A model generated the notes under the pieces. It had not been told where the DNA came from. It saw nothing but the letters and a program-made list of their open reading frames with translations, and searched no databases. From Azolla caroliniana (Eukaryota; Plantae; Polypodiophyta), in assembly GCA_043228905.1 (NCBI GenBank), contig JBHGNT010000017.1:14260001-14324000 (forward strand): a DNA stretch of 64,000 bases. The letters are read 5' to 3'. A program made the position numbers and the translations under genes. This document shows, piece by piece, positions 35,246 through 47,665 of the stretch (position 1 is its first letter; each line of letters begins with the position of its first letter).

Positions 35246-38200
35246 TTGGAACGGGAAATGGCCGTTTCACAGCGCGTGAAAGCATCGCAATTGGAAGAGG
35301 TGAATTTAGGCACCACGGACGAAGCAAAACCGGTGCACATCGCCAAGGAGATGAAGTCCGGAGACAAAACGACGATGATAACACTTCTCACGGAATTTCG
35401 CGACGTATTCGCCTGGTCATATGAAGACATGCGAGGACTCGACCCTCAGTTATACCAGCATCAAGTGCACTTGAGCAAAGACGCAAAACCAATGGCACAA
35501 AGACGGTACCGAATGAATCCCAATTATGCTGCCAAGATCAAGGAAGAAATCGACAAACTGCTAAGAGTTGGCTTTATCCGTCCGGTAAAGAAAGCAACAT
35601 GGCTGAGCCCGATCGTAGTCGTACCGAAGAAGATCGGAAAAATTCGAGTTTGCGTGGACTACCGGAAACTCAATGCGGCTACGGTAACGGATGCATTTCC
35701 ACTTCCGTTCACAGATGGAGTGTTGGATGCCGTCGCCGGCCATGAGGTCTATAGCTTCCTAGACGGATTCAGCGGATATAATCAGATCCAGATGCACCCC
35801 GACGACCAAGAGAAAACGGCATTCGTCACCGAATGGGGGGTGTTTGTGGCCGTGGTGATGATGTTCGGACTCAAAACAGCACCGGCAACATTTCAAAGAA
35901 TCATCATGGAAATCTTTGGTGAATATATACCGGCTTTTATGCAGGTTTTCCTTGACGATTTCGCCGTCTATAGCCGGGAGGAGGACCATTTTCAGCATCT
36001 CCGTCTTTGTCTAGAAAAGTGTAGAGCGTACCAGCTAAGCTTGAATCTGGCAAAGTGTGTATTTGGCGTGTCCAATGGAACTTTATTAGGACATATCGTA
36101 AGCCAGGAAGGTATAGCAGTCGACCCGGACAAAGTGAAAGCCACATTAGAAGCACCGGCGCCGGCAACGGCAAAGGCATTGAGCCGGTTCTTAGGCCAGA
36201 TCCGGTGGCACAGCCGGATGCTCCGATACTTGGCCGACCTGGCTACACCGTTGCATGCCGCCGTACATCAGACACCATTCCAGTGGACCGATACTGAGGA
36301 TAGGGCGTATAAGGCCCTCAAGGTACTATTATCGCAGGCACCGATAGTACAACCTCCGGATTGGAGTAAAGAATTTCACGTGTTCGTGGACGCCTCCAAC
36401 ATCGCAATCGGAAATGTACTGATGCAGCTTACGGAACCAAACTGGTACCGGCCAGTGTACTATGCCAGCCGGAAGCTATCCCAAGCAGAACGGAACTACT
36501 CTACTACGGAACGGGAAGCTCTAGGAATGATCTACAGTGTGACAAAGTTTCGGCACTATTTATTGGGAAGGAAGTTTTCCTTCCATGTAGATCATTCAAC
36601 ACTCCTTTACCTGGTGTCCAAGGCGTCACTCACCGACAAATTGGCCCGGTGGACCTTACTGTTACAGGAGTTCGAGTTTGAAATATTCCACCGACCCGGT
36701 ATACAGCATGCCGTAGCAGATTACTTAAGCCGATTGGAGTCCGGAGAGACGGGTGACGGAGTACCGGATGAGTTTCCGGATGCGGAGCTGTTTCGAGTCA
36801 CTACGGAGACGGCAACAGATGAGACAGTAGCCCAGGAAGACAAGTGGCTCACAAATATGCACCAGTTTCTGAGCACGGGACTACCTCCGGAAGAGCTGAA
36901 CCGGGACGAACGGAAACGCCTGGCGGTACAAAACCGACATTTCTGCTTACTGCAAGACACACTGTACCACAAGGGAGCTGACGGCATATGGAGACGGGCG
37001 GTGCGCAGCGATGAAAAGGAACTGATACTGAGGGAAGCCCACTGCAGAGTTGCCGGAGGTCACTATGCCGGAGATGTGACAACCAGAAAAATATGGCAAA
37101 GTGGCCTATGGTGGCCAACGACATTAAGAGATGTGGTACGGTACGCAAAAGAATGTGACCTATGCCAGAGAATGGGCCAGCCAACGGAGCAGGCTCGTAT
37201 GCCACACCAGCCGGTACTACCACTCAAGCCATTCCAAAAGTGGGGGTTGGACTTTGTAGGACCGTTCAAGCCATCGGCAATGAGAACGGGTAATCGGTAC
37301 GTTATCGTTGCTACGGATTACTGCACGAAATGGGTGGAGGCCAAAGCTTTACGGGATAACACCGTTGCGTCAATGGCAAAGTTTCTATATGAGTACATCT
37401 GGTGCCGTTACGGATGCCCCATTGAATTGATAAGTGACCAAGGGGGCCACTTTCTCGGACAAGTGGTGGAAAGCCTAACGACCTTCTATGCCGTGGTCCA
37501 CAAACGAAGCACACCTTACTATCCACAGGCGAACGGATTAGCGGAATCAACAAACAAGACGCTCCAGAACATCCTTCGGAAGATCGTCAACGAGAACCGG
37601 ACAGATTGGGACACAAAGCTACATAGCGCGCTTTGGGCATACCGGACGACATACAAAACGAGCATCCGAACAACACCGTTCCGGTTGGCGTTCGGACTCG
37701 AGGTGGTCATGCCGGTAGAATTTCAAGTACCTGGCTTACGGATTCAGCTACGAGAACGGCTGAACGAGAAGGAGTCGGAGACAATAAGGTTGACAGCGTT
37801 GTGTGAGCTGGAGGAACAACGGTTGGCAAGCATCCTACATTTAGAATTAGAGCAACGGCGACGGAAAGCATTCGTCGACCGGCACAGGAAAGGTAACGAA
37901 AAAATGTTCGCAATTGGCAAACCAATGCTAGTATTCCAAACCCGGATGGGCAAGATGCCGGGTAAACTAAGGTTTAGATGGACCGGACCATATTGGCTAA
38001 CACGGGAGTATAATGGGTCCTACCAGTTGGGGACACTTGCCGGCGAAGTGCTGGGCAAATGGGTGAATGGATTCCGGTTAAAGGCATATAGAGGACCGAT
38101 GCCTAAGAACCCGTTTGAGCAAAGGACCGACGGCAACCACGAAGACGGCAGAGACGGCAAGCCGGTAACCGGAGAGAATGTGGAGGACCAACGGACATGT

Positions 38201-38278
38201 GACGTCACACTAATAATAATAATAACTGAAAAAAAAAAAAAAAAAACAATCATGCAAAAGCGAGGAATGAAGGGATGA
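35246..38278 (+). CDS. Gypsy pol: RT, RNase H, integrase
   Basis: RVCVDYRKLN, FLDDF, VDAS, H..GH..C..C, DFVGPF, SDQG, YPQANGLAE, WTGPY. Confidence 0.93.
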   Translation: MEREMAVSQRVKASQLEEVNLGTTDEAKPVHIAKEMKSGDKTTMITLLTEFRDVFAWSYEDMRGLDPQLYQHQVHLSKDAKPMAQRRYRMNPNYAAKIKEEIDKLLRVGFIRPVKKATWLSPIVVVPKKIGKIRVCVDYRKLNAATVTDAFPLPFTDGVLDAVAGHEVYSFLDGFSGYNQIQMHPDDQEKTAFVTEWGVFVAVVMMFGLKTAPATFQRIIMEIFGEYIPAFMQVFLDDFAVYSREEDHFQHLRLCLEKCRAYQLSLNLAKCVFGVSNGTLLGHIVSQEGIAVDPDKVKATLEAPAPATAKALSRFLGQIRWHSRMLRYLADLATPLHAAVHQTPFQWTDTEDRAYKALKVLLSQAPIVQPPDWSKEFHVFVDASNIAIGNVLMQLTEPNWYRPVYYASRKLSQAERNYSTTEREALGMIYSVTKFRHYLLGRKFSFHVDHSTLLYLVSKASLTDKLARWTLLLQEFEFEIFHRPGIQHAVADYLSRLESGETGDGVPDEFPDAELFRVTTETATDETVAQEDKWLTNMHQFLSTGLPPEELNRDERKRLAVQNRHFCLLQDTLYHKGADGIWRRAVRSDEKELILREAHCRVAGGHYAGDVTTRKIWQSGLWWPTTLRDVVRYAKECDLCQRMGQPTEQARMPHQPVLPLKPFQKWGLDFVGPFKPSAMRTGNRYVIVATDYCTKWVEAKALRDNTVASMAKFLYEYIWCRYGCPIELISDQGGHFLGQVVESLTTFYAVVHKRSTPYYPQANGLAESTNKTLQNILRKIVNENRTDWDTKLHSALWAYRTTYKTSIRTTPFRLAFGLEVVMPVEFQVPGLRIQLRERLNEKESETIRLTALCELEEQRLASILHLELEQRRRKAFVDRHRKGNEKMFAIGKPMLVFQTRMGKMPGKLRFRWTGPYWLTREYNGSYQLGTLAGEVLGKWVNGFRLKAYRGPMPKNPFEQRTDGNHEDGRDGKPVTGENVEDQRTCDVTLIIIITEKKKKKTIMQKRGMKG

Positions 38279-38384
38279 AAGAGCGTGGAGCGAAAAGGTA
38301 CGTAGTGGGCATTTAAAGCGCCACCACAGGACATAATGCTATTTTAAGTACACGACATGCACAAACTCGAGAAAAGGCGCCAGA

Positions 38385-41285
38385 ATGCACAGACAAAAAC
38401 CATTGCGCGTAGAGACCCTCTATTTTCGCGAACCCAGGAGCACAGAAGCACTGAAACGCTGCAAGATTATCAGAAGAGAACCTGCGCACAGAGAACCCCC
38501 GCCTTCTGAACTCTCTCTTTCTCAACCCCGCTATCATCACCATCCATCCTCGCCACCACAGTCCGACCCCGACACAGAGTGATCAAGGAAAGTACCGCCA
38601 CACAAAGAAGCCGACAAAGTGATCAAGGAAATCGATACAGAGGTCATAACGGCAGAGGCGATTCGAGCGTTAACAGGCCTTCTGGAGGGAGGCATACTCA
38701 CGATCGACAATCCAACCCTGGAGCAACTCATCAGGTATTTTGGTGAGTACTCTCTAGCCAGCAAGGGCTATCGGACACAGGGCGGCGGAGATATGCTGTT
38801 CCGCGAAATTGCTCGTGTGCTCCATGAATACGGCCACGTATACCCTAGACCCCCTGTCATGCCGCAGAACCGGGCAGGGATGATCATCGCCACCTATGAA
38901 GGGATCAAGGTGGATTGGCCGGTATTGATTGCAGACGGGTTGTGTGCGGCGATCGAGATCGTCAGAGGCAAAGACGGCAAAGAAGGTCGAGACGGACGAA
39001 GGATATGGCACGCCGTAACGCAGTGGCTCACCCTGCTGGTGCCACCCGTTCAGACCGTCCAGCCCAAGAAGCGAGGAAGAGTGTCAAACGGCACCCCAAG
39101 GACGGCTTCCAAACGGCAGCAGCTGTTGGCCTCTAAGGCCAGTAAGGGAAAGGCGGTGGATGCAGACCAGGTGGTAGCAGGAAGTGGCAGCTGGAAGCAC
39201 CCAACGGAGGCGCAGGAGGAACCACCGGCACGACCCGTAAAGGTCACACTCCGCCGACCGGTGAATGGAGAAGTGGACCCCTTGGCGGCAAAACTCAATG
39301 CCGGAGCTCAGGAGGAGGAAATAGAGGAGGAGCCTACGGAGCACCTCCAGCGACGGTCGTCGGCAAGGACCGTTGAGACAGCCGGGAAACTTTCGGACCC
39401 TCAGACGGAGGGAACACCGGCTCCCCATACTGAGACTCCTACGCCAAGGAAGGTACTGGAACCGGTGCAGAAGGAACCGAAAACAGAAGCCCCGGCACCA
39501 CCGGCAACACCGGCAAGTCCCATTCCGCCAGAGCCGGAAAGGTCACTGCAGCCTCCCTCGGTCAGCCAAGAAGAAGCGCAAGGGGACCAAGGACAGCAGG
39601 ATGGTCCACGGGCAGAAACGGAACTGCAACTCGGCGCAACCAGGCGGGACCACCCCTCTACAAGTGAGCCCATCTATCAAACCTCCGTGCAAGCACAACA
39701 AGGCACCGGTAGCCTGTGGCTCCGGTGGATAGGCGAACAGATAGCCGGAGCAGTGGGGTATATAGAGGCGGAAGAAAGAGCGCAAAGCGAACGGTTGCTC
39801 GTCACAACCGAACAACTAGAGACGGGCCGGTCCAGAATCCGGTGCCTTGAAAAAGATTTGGATCAGGTCACGACAGAGATGGCTAAAATACGGATCCAAT
39901 CACCGGTGACTCCGGTAAGTGTACAGAATAATGAAACAGAACGACCTGTACATAGGAATAAGACCCCGGCAACAGAAACCATTCCGGCGAGAGATGCGGC
40001 GCAAGCTCAGGAGCTTGCGGAATTGAGAGAGGAACTTGCCGCACAAGAAGCGCTAAGGAGCCGTGAACGAGAATTGAAGACGGCGGTTGAAGACGAATTA
40101 AAGAAGACTGCTGAGAACCTCCGCCGGGCAGAGGAGAGCCTCCGGAAAGGCCATCAAGCGTACGACCGGCTAAAGGAGGAGAAAGACAAAGTGCTGCAGG
40201 AAAAGGACAAGCTGCGGAAAATGGCGGAAATAGAGATAGAACGGCTAAAGGAAGAGCTCCGCCAGTAGAAGGACCGCGAGGACCGGGCCCGTCGTCAGAT
40301 CAACGCACGACTCAAGCAAAAGATGGATGATTTTGAGCACCTGCACCAGGACTACAAATGGCTGGAAATAGAGCATAAAGAACGGATGGCCGAGCTCCAG
40401 CAGGCAGTTGATCGGGCCGCAACGGCGATCGCCGACGAACGGACGGAAAATACAAGATGCTTGGAAGAGGCGGAGAAGGTCCGGATGGAGCTCCAGAAGC
40501 AGCAGCAGGAAGACAAAGAGAGAGCGTCTACAGTATTGCAGAAATTACAAAGTACATATCAAAGGAAACTGACGCATTACAAGGCGCAGGCGGAGGACAA
40601 CGGAAAAATCATCAAACAACTGAAGGAGGAACGGCAAGCGGCAGAAACCAAATCGCAATTGGGAACGAGCCGGATTCAGTCCATCCTCCGGGCATGGCTG
40701 AATCAGACGAAGCACTTGATTGATGAAAGCTCCGTAAAATGGTGGACAAAGTGGGCACAAAACGCGGCGGAACTCCAGTTGCTACGGGCGGATGTGGCAA
40801 ACCAGCGGAAGGAAGGAGATGACTGTTATAAGCTGACTTCCGAGGACTTCACCGCCACACGGGACAAGCTGGCCGACGACTTCCAAGTCCTGGCAGATGA
40901 ACAGCTAGCGCAGGTCAGACAGCTCGTAGCTCAGCTGGACGATGATAGGCTGGACGCTCAAATCTAGTTTGAAAGCTACGAGCGGTCCCGGGTACGGGAA
41001 GAAAAAGCACAGGAAGCGACAACGGTTAACCTTAGTGATGAGGAACCGTCGTCGGTTGAGGGCCAGCCGGGAACCAGTCAACCGGAGACCACCACGACGC
41101 AGGGAGCAACGACGGAGACGCCGGGGTCAGAGCCACAAACAGAGGAGCAGCCGCAGCAACCACCAACGGACCCGCCGCAGTAGACAATAACAGAGCAGCA
41201 ACAGCAACAACAACAACAACCACTTCCAGGTGAACCATTGGAGCCTCTCGAACAGAGCATTCTGGACATTTTGGACGAAGAATAG
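38385..41285 (+). pseudogene. Additional sense ORF of the Gypsy element (~960 codons, long coiled coil), with four in-frame stops
   Basis: ORFs 38385-38582, 38619-40268 and 40323-40967 and the downstream segment share one frame, separated by single TGA/TAG codons; E/K/R/Q-rich heptad pattern. Confidence 0.75.
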
Positions 41286-41774
41286 CAAGGGTCGGTTGTG
41301 GATTCGACGTACAAGGTACTGTCCCACGGGCGTGCCATGTGTCACCGGCCGGCAAAGGAGTCCAGAGTGGGAAACGGAGAGCTAATTAAGTAGTAGGAAT
41401 GTGGTTGTAATTAAGCTATGAGTGTGGACGGACGGACCGGAATCGGTATGCCGTTCTGGATCCGGACCGATCCCGAACAGGTGCGGATGGCACCGTTTTG
41501 TAATACAGACCGGAAACCTATTTAAAGGCCCAGATACAATGTAATAGTTAGCGGTTAATTAATGAAAGCTTAAGCGTTGTTATATCTCTGTCAATTGCCG
41601 TTCTGTCTTAATTGTATATCTTACGTGTGTTATGAAGACGATCCTAATAAGTAACTTAACTAAGTCGGATTAAGCGTTGAAGTCTAATCCGGTTGCCGTA
41701 ACACCCTTTGGTGAAGTGTCTCACGTAGACACCCTGTGTTAGGCCATTGTCCAGCCCGAAGAGTTAACAATCAT

Positions 41775-42590
41775 AGGAGAAGTACGTGACAAAGGTGCTT
41801 CACCGGTTCAACATGTCAGAAGCGAAACAGGTCAGATCGACACTTCCGGCAAACTGCAGGCTATCCGGTAAGCAAAGCCGGAAGACGAAAGCAGAGAAGG
41901 CGGATATGATGAAGATCCCATATGCCTCTACCGTCGGGAGCTTGATGTACGCAATTGTTTGTACCCGACCAAACATAGGATACGCAATCGGAGTAGTGAG
42001 CCGGTTTATGAGCAATCCCGGCAAGGAGCATTGGAACGCGGTCAAGTGGATTCTCCAGTATTTGAAGGGCACTTCAAATATGTGTCTCCGATTCGGCTCC
42101 GGAAAACCTCAACTGGATGGTTTCACCGATTCGGACATGTCGGCTGATGTGGATACCGGCCGGTCTACATCCGGGTATGTGATGACATATGCAGGGGGAG
42201 CTGTTTCGTGGTAGTCGAGACTGCAGAAGACGGTTGCATTGTCAACCACAGAGGTTGAGTACATGGCGGTTGTGGAAGCCGGCAAGGAAATATTATGGAT
42301 GAAGGACTTCATCGGAGAGCTCGGTATCCGGCAAGAGGAATATCGACTCCACTGCGACAGTCAAAGTGCCATCCACCTTGCTAAGAATGCGACCTACCAT
42401 TCCCGGACAAAGCATATCCAGCGGAGGTATCACTGGATCCGGGAAAGAGTAGATGACCAGGAGTTCGCACTGACGAAGATCCACACGGCCGAGAACGGGT
42501 CAGATATGCTGACCAAAGTGGACGCATGCCGACAAGCTGGACGCATGCCGGAAGAGGATCAGACTGGTAAGACACCCCATGCCGGAGTGA
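41775..42590 (+). pseudogene. 3' part of nested Copia RT/RNase H
   Basis: IPYASTVGSLMYA, FTDSDMSAD, HSRTKHI. Confidence 0.9.
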
Positions 42591-43214
42591 AGGGGGAGTT
42601 TGTTGGGAGACAGGTCCCTCCGGATGGTGCAGGCCCGGTATGAACCGGATGAGGAGTACCCGGCTACAGAGAGCCGGATGGTGCAGGCCCGATATGAACC
42701 GGATGAGGAATACCTGGTTACGGAGAGCCGGATGGTGCAGACCCGGTATGAACCAGAGGAAGAGACATATTTGTAAATATGTTTCTGAGAGCCCATTGTG
42801 GCTATATTTGTAAATAGCCGAAAAGTCATATTAGTATAAATATGACTTAGGGCAAACTAATATTATGTTGTTGTTATTTTTCCTTGTTGGTGCAAGAAGA
42901 AGAGAGAGTGCGTAACTGTACACAGAGAGAGAGAGAGACGAGGTCGTTGCCTCTGTTGTAACCGCCACTTGTGGCGAAGATCGTGAGTCCGAGGTCGTTG
43001 CCTCTGTGAACTCATTGTTTTGTACATTCATACATAGTGACAGTTTGCAGCCTGTGGGCTGCCGTGGTTTTTTCCCCTAGTTTGGGGTTTTCCACGTTAA
43101 CCTCCGGTGTATCTTTCTCGTCTTTGTGTCGTGTTCTATTTCCCGTTTTCTGTGTATGAAAAGAATCTTGGTTGTGGCCGAGCGTTGCGCATAAGGAACG
43201 TCCAGTTCTCGTCA

Positions 43215-46200
43215 GTTACGTCGAAGGAGCTAATGATGTAGCACCTGATTCGACACACAAAGATTTTTCGGCTTGGGAACAAGCAGCAAGCAGAGTTCTC
43301 TACTGCTTTGCATCCTGTGTGAGCGACCAACTATTGAGCTGTATTCGGGATGCTAAGACACCAAAGGACGCATGGGCGAATCTCAAAAAGCTCTTCACCG
43401 CAAGCAGTACAGCCATGAAGCTTCAACTCAAGCAAGAGTTGAGCAATGTACGACAATGAGATATGTGGGTGGCTGACTACACCACCAAGATCAAAGAAAT
43501 GTGCGACTCACTCGACTCTGTCAACGTGAACGTTGAGGAGGAAGAGATGGTGCAGGTTTGTCTTGGCGGGTTAGCGTCTAAGTTCGGAGCTTTCTGAATG
43601 GCGGTCTACACGAGGGAGAATACGCCCTCGGTTTTCGAGCTTCAGTCAATGTTGCTCGTAGAAGAAAACCACGCGGGTGCATCAACGAGTGTGCAAGCCG
43701 ATGGCAAGATGCTCTACACAGAGGATGATAGGCCCCGTGGTCGTGGTGAACGAGGCGGATCGGCGCGTAATGGAGGCGGCCGAAAAGAGAAGAATGGACG
43801 GCATAATTAAGATGCCGGAAGCAATTCCGAACCCTCCGGAAGCAAGGGGAATCATGGTGGCGCCGGAAGACGGCAAGAGAAGGCCGCGTCAGAATGTTGG
43901 TACTATGACAAGAAATTCCACAAGGAGAGCGAGTGCTGGAAGAAACAAGTTGATACAAACTAAGCTGGATCGAGCAGAAGAGGCGCAGGAAGGCATCAGA
44001 AGTTGCAGTACATGGAAGGCTCGGAACGAGCTGGAAATGGAGCGGGCTCTGCCTTCGTAATGAAGCATAACACCAACTCAATGGCCGTGAACACCTCGAA
44101 ATCAAGCAAGGTGTGGTATATCGATTCCAGAGCGTCAAATCATCTAACGAATCACGAGGAATGGTTCTCGTACTTGGAGAAGCCGGAATCACGAGGGGTT
44201 TTCGAAACGGGAGATGACACCCCGCATACCATCGAACATGTCGGCGAAGTTCCCCTCAGCCACGTCGGGTAGAAAGGGAAGCTAATGAACGTGCTACATG
44301 TCCCGAATATAACCAAGAACCTGTTGTCGGTCGGTCAGATCGTTGACCAAGGTATGCAAGTTCGATTCACGTACCTCGACTGCTTCATAGAAGAGGAAGG
44401 CAAAGTGATCGCGCAAGGGCGCCGTGAAGGGAGGATGTTTATCCTCGACACTATTCAAGCCAGAACTGCGTTGTACGCGAAAGGACAAAAGGCTGAATCG
44501 GATATCGACCTATGGCACAAGCGGTTTGGCCATGTAAATTTCCCACGGCTTCGTTAGATGCAGAAGAAGAACATTGTTTTCGGCTTGCCGAAGTTTTGGG
44601 GTCGGAATGCCCAAGTCTGCGAAGCCTGTCAGATGGGAAAACAACACCGACTTCCATTCCCCAATGAGCGTAATGATAGTCGAAGTCTGCTGGATTTGAT
44701 CCATTCGGATGTGTGGGGTCCGGCATAGAACGTGAGTCTCAGTGGAAACAGTTACTTTGTAACATGAATCGATGACTTCACTCGGCACACGTGGGCATGC
44801 CTGATTGAGAAGAAGAGCGAAGTCTTCGCATGTTTCCTGAAGGTGAAGAGCCTTGCGGAAAGGGGAACATGGCGTAAGATTAAATGCCTATGGTTCGATG
44901 GCGGGAAGGAGTACTTCTCCGACCAGTTCACAAGTTATGTACAGAAGGAGGGAATTTGACACGAATTCTCATGTAGATATGCACCGCAGTAGAACAACGT
45001 GGCTGAGCGGAAGAATCGGACGATTGAAGAAGCGGCCAGGGCAATGCTTGAAGAGAAGCATATGCTGAAATTCTATTGGGCTGAAGTCGTGAAGACGGCT
45101 GTCTACTTGCAGAATCAGAATTCTGCTAATGGAGAAGTGTCGCCACATGAGCTGTATTTCAGGAAGAAGCCGAACTTGGCACATTTGAGGATTTTTGGCA
45201 GCATCGCGTATGTGCACGTACCGAAGGAGAAAAGGAGGAAACTAGATGGCAAGGCTGAGAAATGTATCTTGGTCGGCTATTCAGATGAGAAAAAGGGGTA
45301 TAAGTGCTATAACCCCCAAACAAAGGAAGTACGCGTAAGCCGCGATGTCGGATTTGACGAGTCCGCTTCGTGGTACTTGCCTTCTCCTCCATTACCTCAC
45401 GACTCCATTCCGATTTCTGAAGACGAAGTCAGCGAGGCTGAGATGCCTCTGTATGATGAGGACATCGGAGCTCTGAGAGAGAGTCCGATCTCATTCCGAC
45501 TGAGTGGGCCTAATGATGGGTTGGGCCGAGATGGCCAACCAGATGATGAGACGCCGAGCAGTGGAGACTCAGCCGTGATGTTCCCGCGTAAAGAACCGAG
45601 GAGACGGTTTACGCGCAAGGAGAAAGGGAAGAAGAAGACGCCGGAATACGATTTCGGTAGTGCCGAGTCGGTTCGAAGCGAATCTGAACTCGAGCCAGTC
45701 GAGAAGGAACCTCCATGGAAGAGGTCGAAATCAGCCGACAAGGTCACAAAATCGAGTAATCATGAATTATGCCGATCTACCCGCCAGAAGAACCCCGTAA
45801 AGAGGTATGGGTATAATGAGTACATGGCGCACCATTACGCATACATGACGCGAGTGGTGGAAGTGGGTGAGCTGGAGAGCTACGCAAAAGCGGCGAAAGA
45901 TGCGAATTGGCATGCCGCAATGGAGGAAGAGATGCGCGCATTATCGAAGAATGAAATCTGGAACCTAGTTGACGCACCGAAGGGTGTAAAGCCGATCGGA
46001 TGCAGATGAGTGTATAAGGCGATGGCTCTATTGACCGTTACAAGGCCCGTTTAGTAGCGAAAGGCTACGCGCAAAAGCACGGCGTGGACTATGACGAAAC
46101 CTTTGTAGCTGTCGCAAAGATGACTATTGTGCGAGTCCTCCTAGTCGTAGCAGCGGGAAAGGGGTGGCACTTACATCAGATTGATGTAAAGAACATGTTC

Positions 46201-47665
46201 CTGCAAGGTGATCTTGAGGAACAGGTGTATATGGTACAACACCCCGGATTTCTATCCGAACAAAACACCTCGGCAGTTTGCCGATTGAAGAAGTCCTTGT
46301 ACGGACTTAAGCAAGCCCCGCGATCCTGGAACGCGAAGATTACACAATAGCTGCGTAGGATGGGCTTTTCGACATCAAAGTCTAACTCTTCATTATTTGT
46401 TCGGCAAAGTCGACATGGCTTGCTAAGACTTCTATTGTATGTTGATGATTTAGTCATCACCGGTGCCGATCTAGAAGAAATCCGCCGCGTAAAGTCTCAA
46501 CTTGCGGCATCGTTTGAAATGAAGGATCTTGGAGACCTTCATTACTTCCTTGGGATCGAAGTGATCCGAACCCCGAAGGCATCTTGATCAGCCAATGTCA
46601 TTACGCGTTGAATATGCTCTTCAGGTTTGGGATAGCAAACTGTAAGCCCATCTCGACCCCTCTAGATAGAAACGCAAAGCTTCGCTGAGATTCGGGAAAG
46701 GCACGCGACCCGACACGGTTCCGATAGATTGTCGGAAGCCTTATCTATCTGACGCTTACTCGGCCGGATCTTAGTTATCCAGTTAGGCTAATTAGTCAAT
46801 TCATGTCGCAGCCTACGGCCGAACACTTTCAGTGCGCGCAATGGAACCGTTAGTCGGCTACACGGATGCCGATTGGGCCGGAAACACCAGCGATCATAGA
46901 TCCACATCTAGATACACCTTCTCGTTAGGAAGTGCGGCGATCACATTATGCATCAAAAAGCAGTCGACAATGGCACTGTCGAGCACGAAGACCAAATATT
47001 GAGGGGCGACAATTGCTACGTGCGAAGTCATTTGGCTGAAATGGCTATTACGGGATTTGCTAGTAGAGGTGTTTGATCCGACGATGATCTTTTGTGACAA
47101 CCTCAACAGTATCCACCATGAGAAGAACCCCGTTTTCCACGCCCGGACCAAGCACATTGAGGTGCATTACTATTTTGTCCGCGAGCAGGTCCTTTCAGGT
47201 GAAATCGGACTGGTGCATGTTCCGATTGATCGGCAAGTTGTCGACATCTTCACCAAGCCTCTTGGCCTCGACAAGTTACGACATTTCTTGGGTGAGCTAG
47301 GGTTGTGTCACCTCGACATGCCGAACTTGACGGGGAGAAAGGATCACGATGAACAGGAACAAGAGCGTGAAAGGAGCGGAGGTGTTCATCACAGCCGAAG
47401 TGATCGTGATCGGGAATCAGACGGGGAATTCGATTTTGGACCGGCTAAAGAAGCCAAAGAAGAAAGCAAGGGCCACAATCGTAGGGAAGAGCCGAGGACA
47501 GCCAACTCAGGGGGAGATATAGCCAAGAAGGGCATAAAGGCCAAGACCAAGACGTGGTCTGATGTAGTCAAAGGCCTAAAGATAGGAGACGAATTGCAAC
47601 AACCAATTCGGATGAGAGCGGAATTGAATCAGAAGCGTTCGATTTGGATACGCCAAATCAACTAA
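43215..47665 (+). pseudogene. Degenerate gag-pol of the outer Copia
   Basis: Fragments WYIDS, LWHKRFGH, AERKNRT, YVDDL, FHARTKHIEVHY with many stops. Confidence 0.9.

Larger units (their letters stand above)
31944..41769 (+). mobile_element. Ty3/Gypsy LTR retrotransposon (non-chromovirus-like) with an extra 3' ORF, nested in Copia RT
   Basis: 430-bp LTRs at 31944-32373 and 41340-41769 (~7 differences), TSD GTCAC/ATCAT, PBS TGGCGACCAC (tRNA-Arg-like). Confidence 0.93.
27967..43214 (+). mobile_element. Tnt1/Tork-like Copia nested in the gag of the outer Copia
   Basis: LTRs at 27967-28688 and 42601-43214, iMet-type PBS, PPT GAAGGGGGAG. Target CAGTT; the right copy overlaps the terminal CA. Confidence 0.92.
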
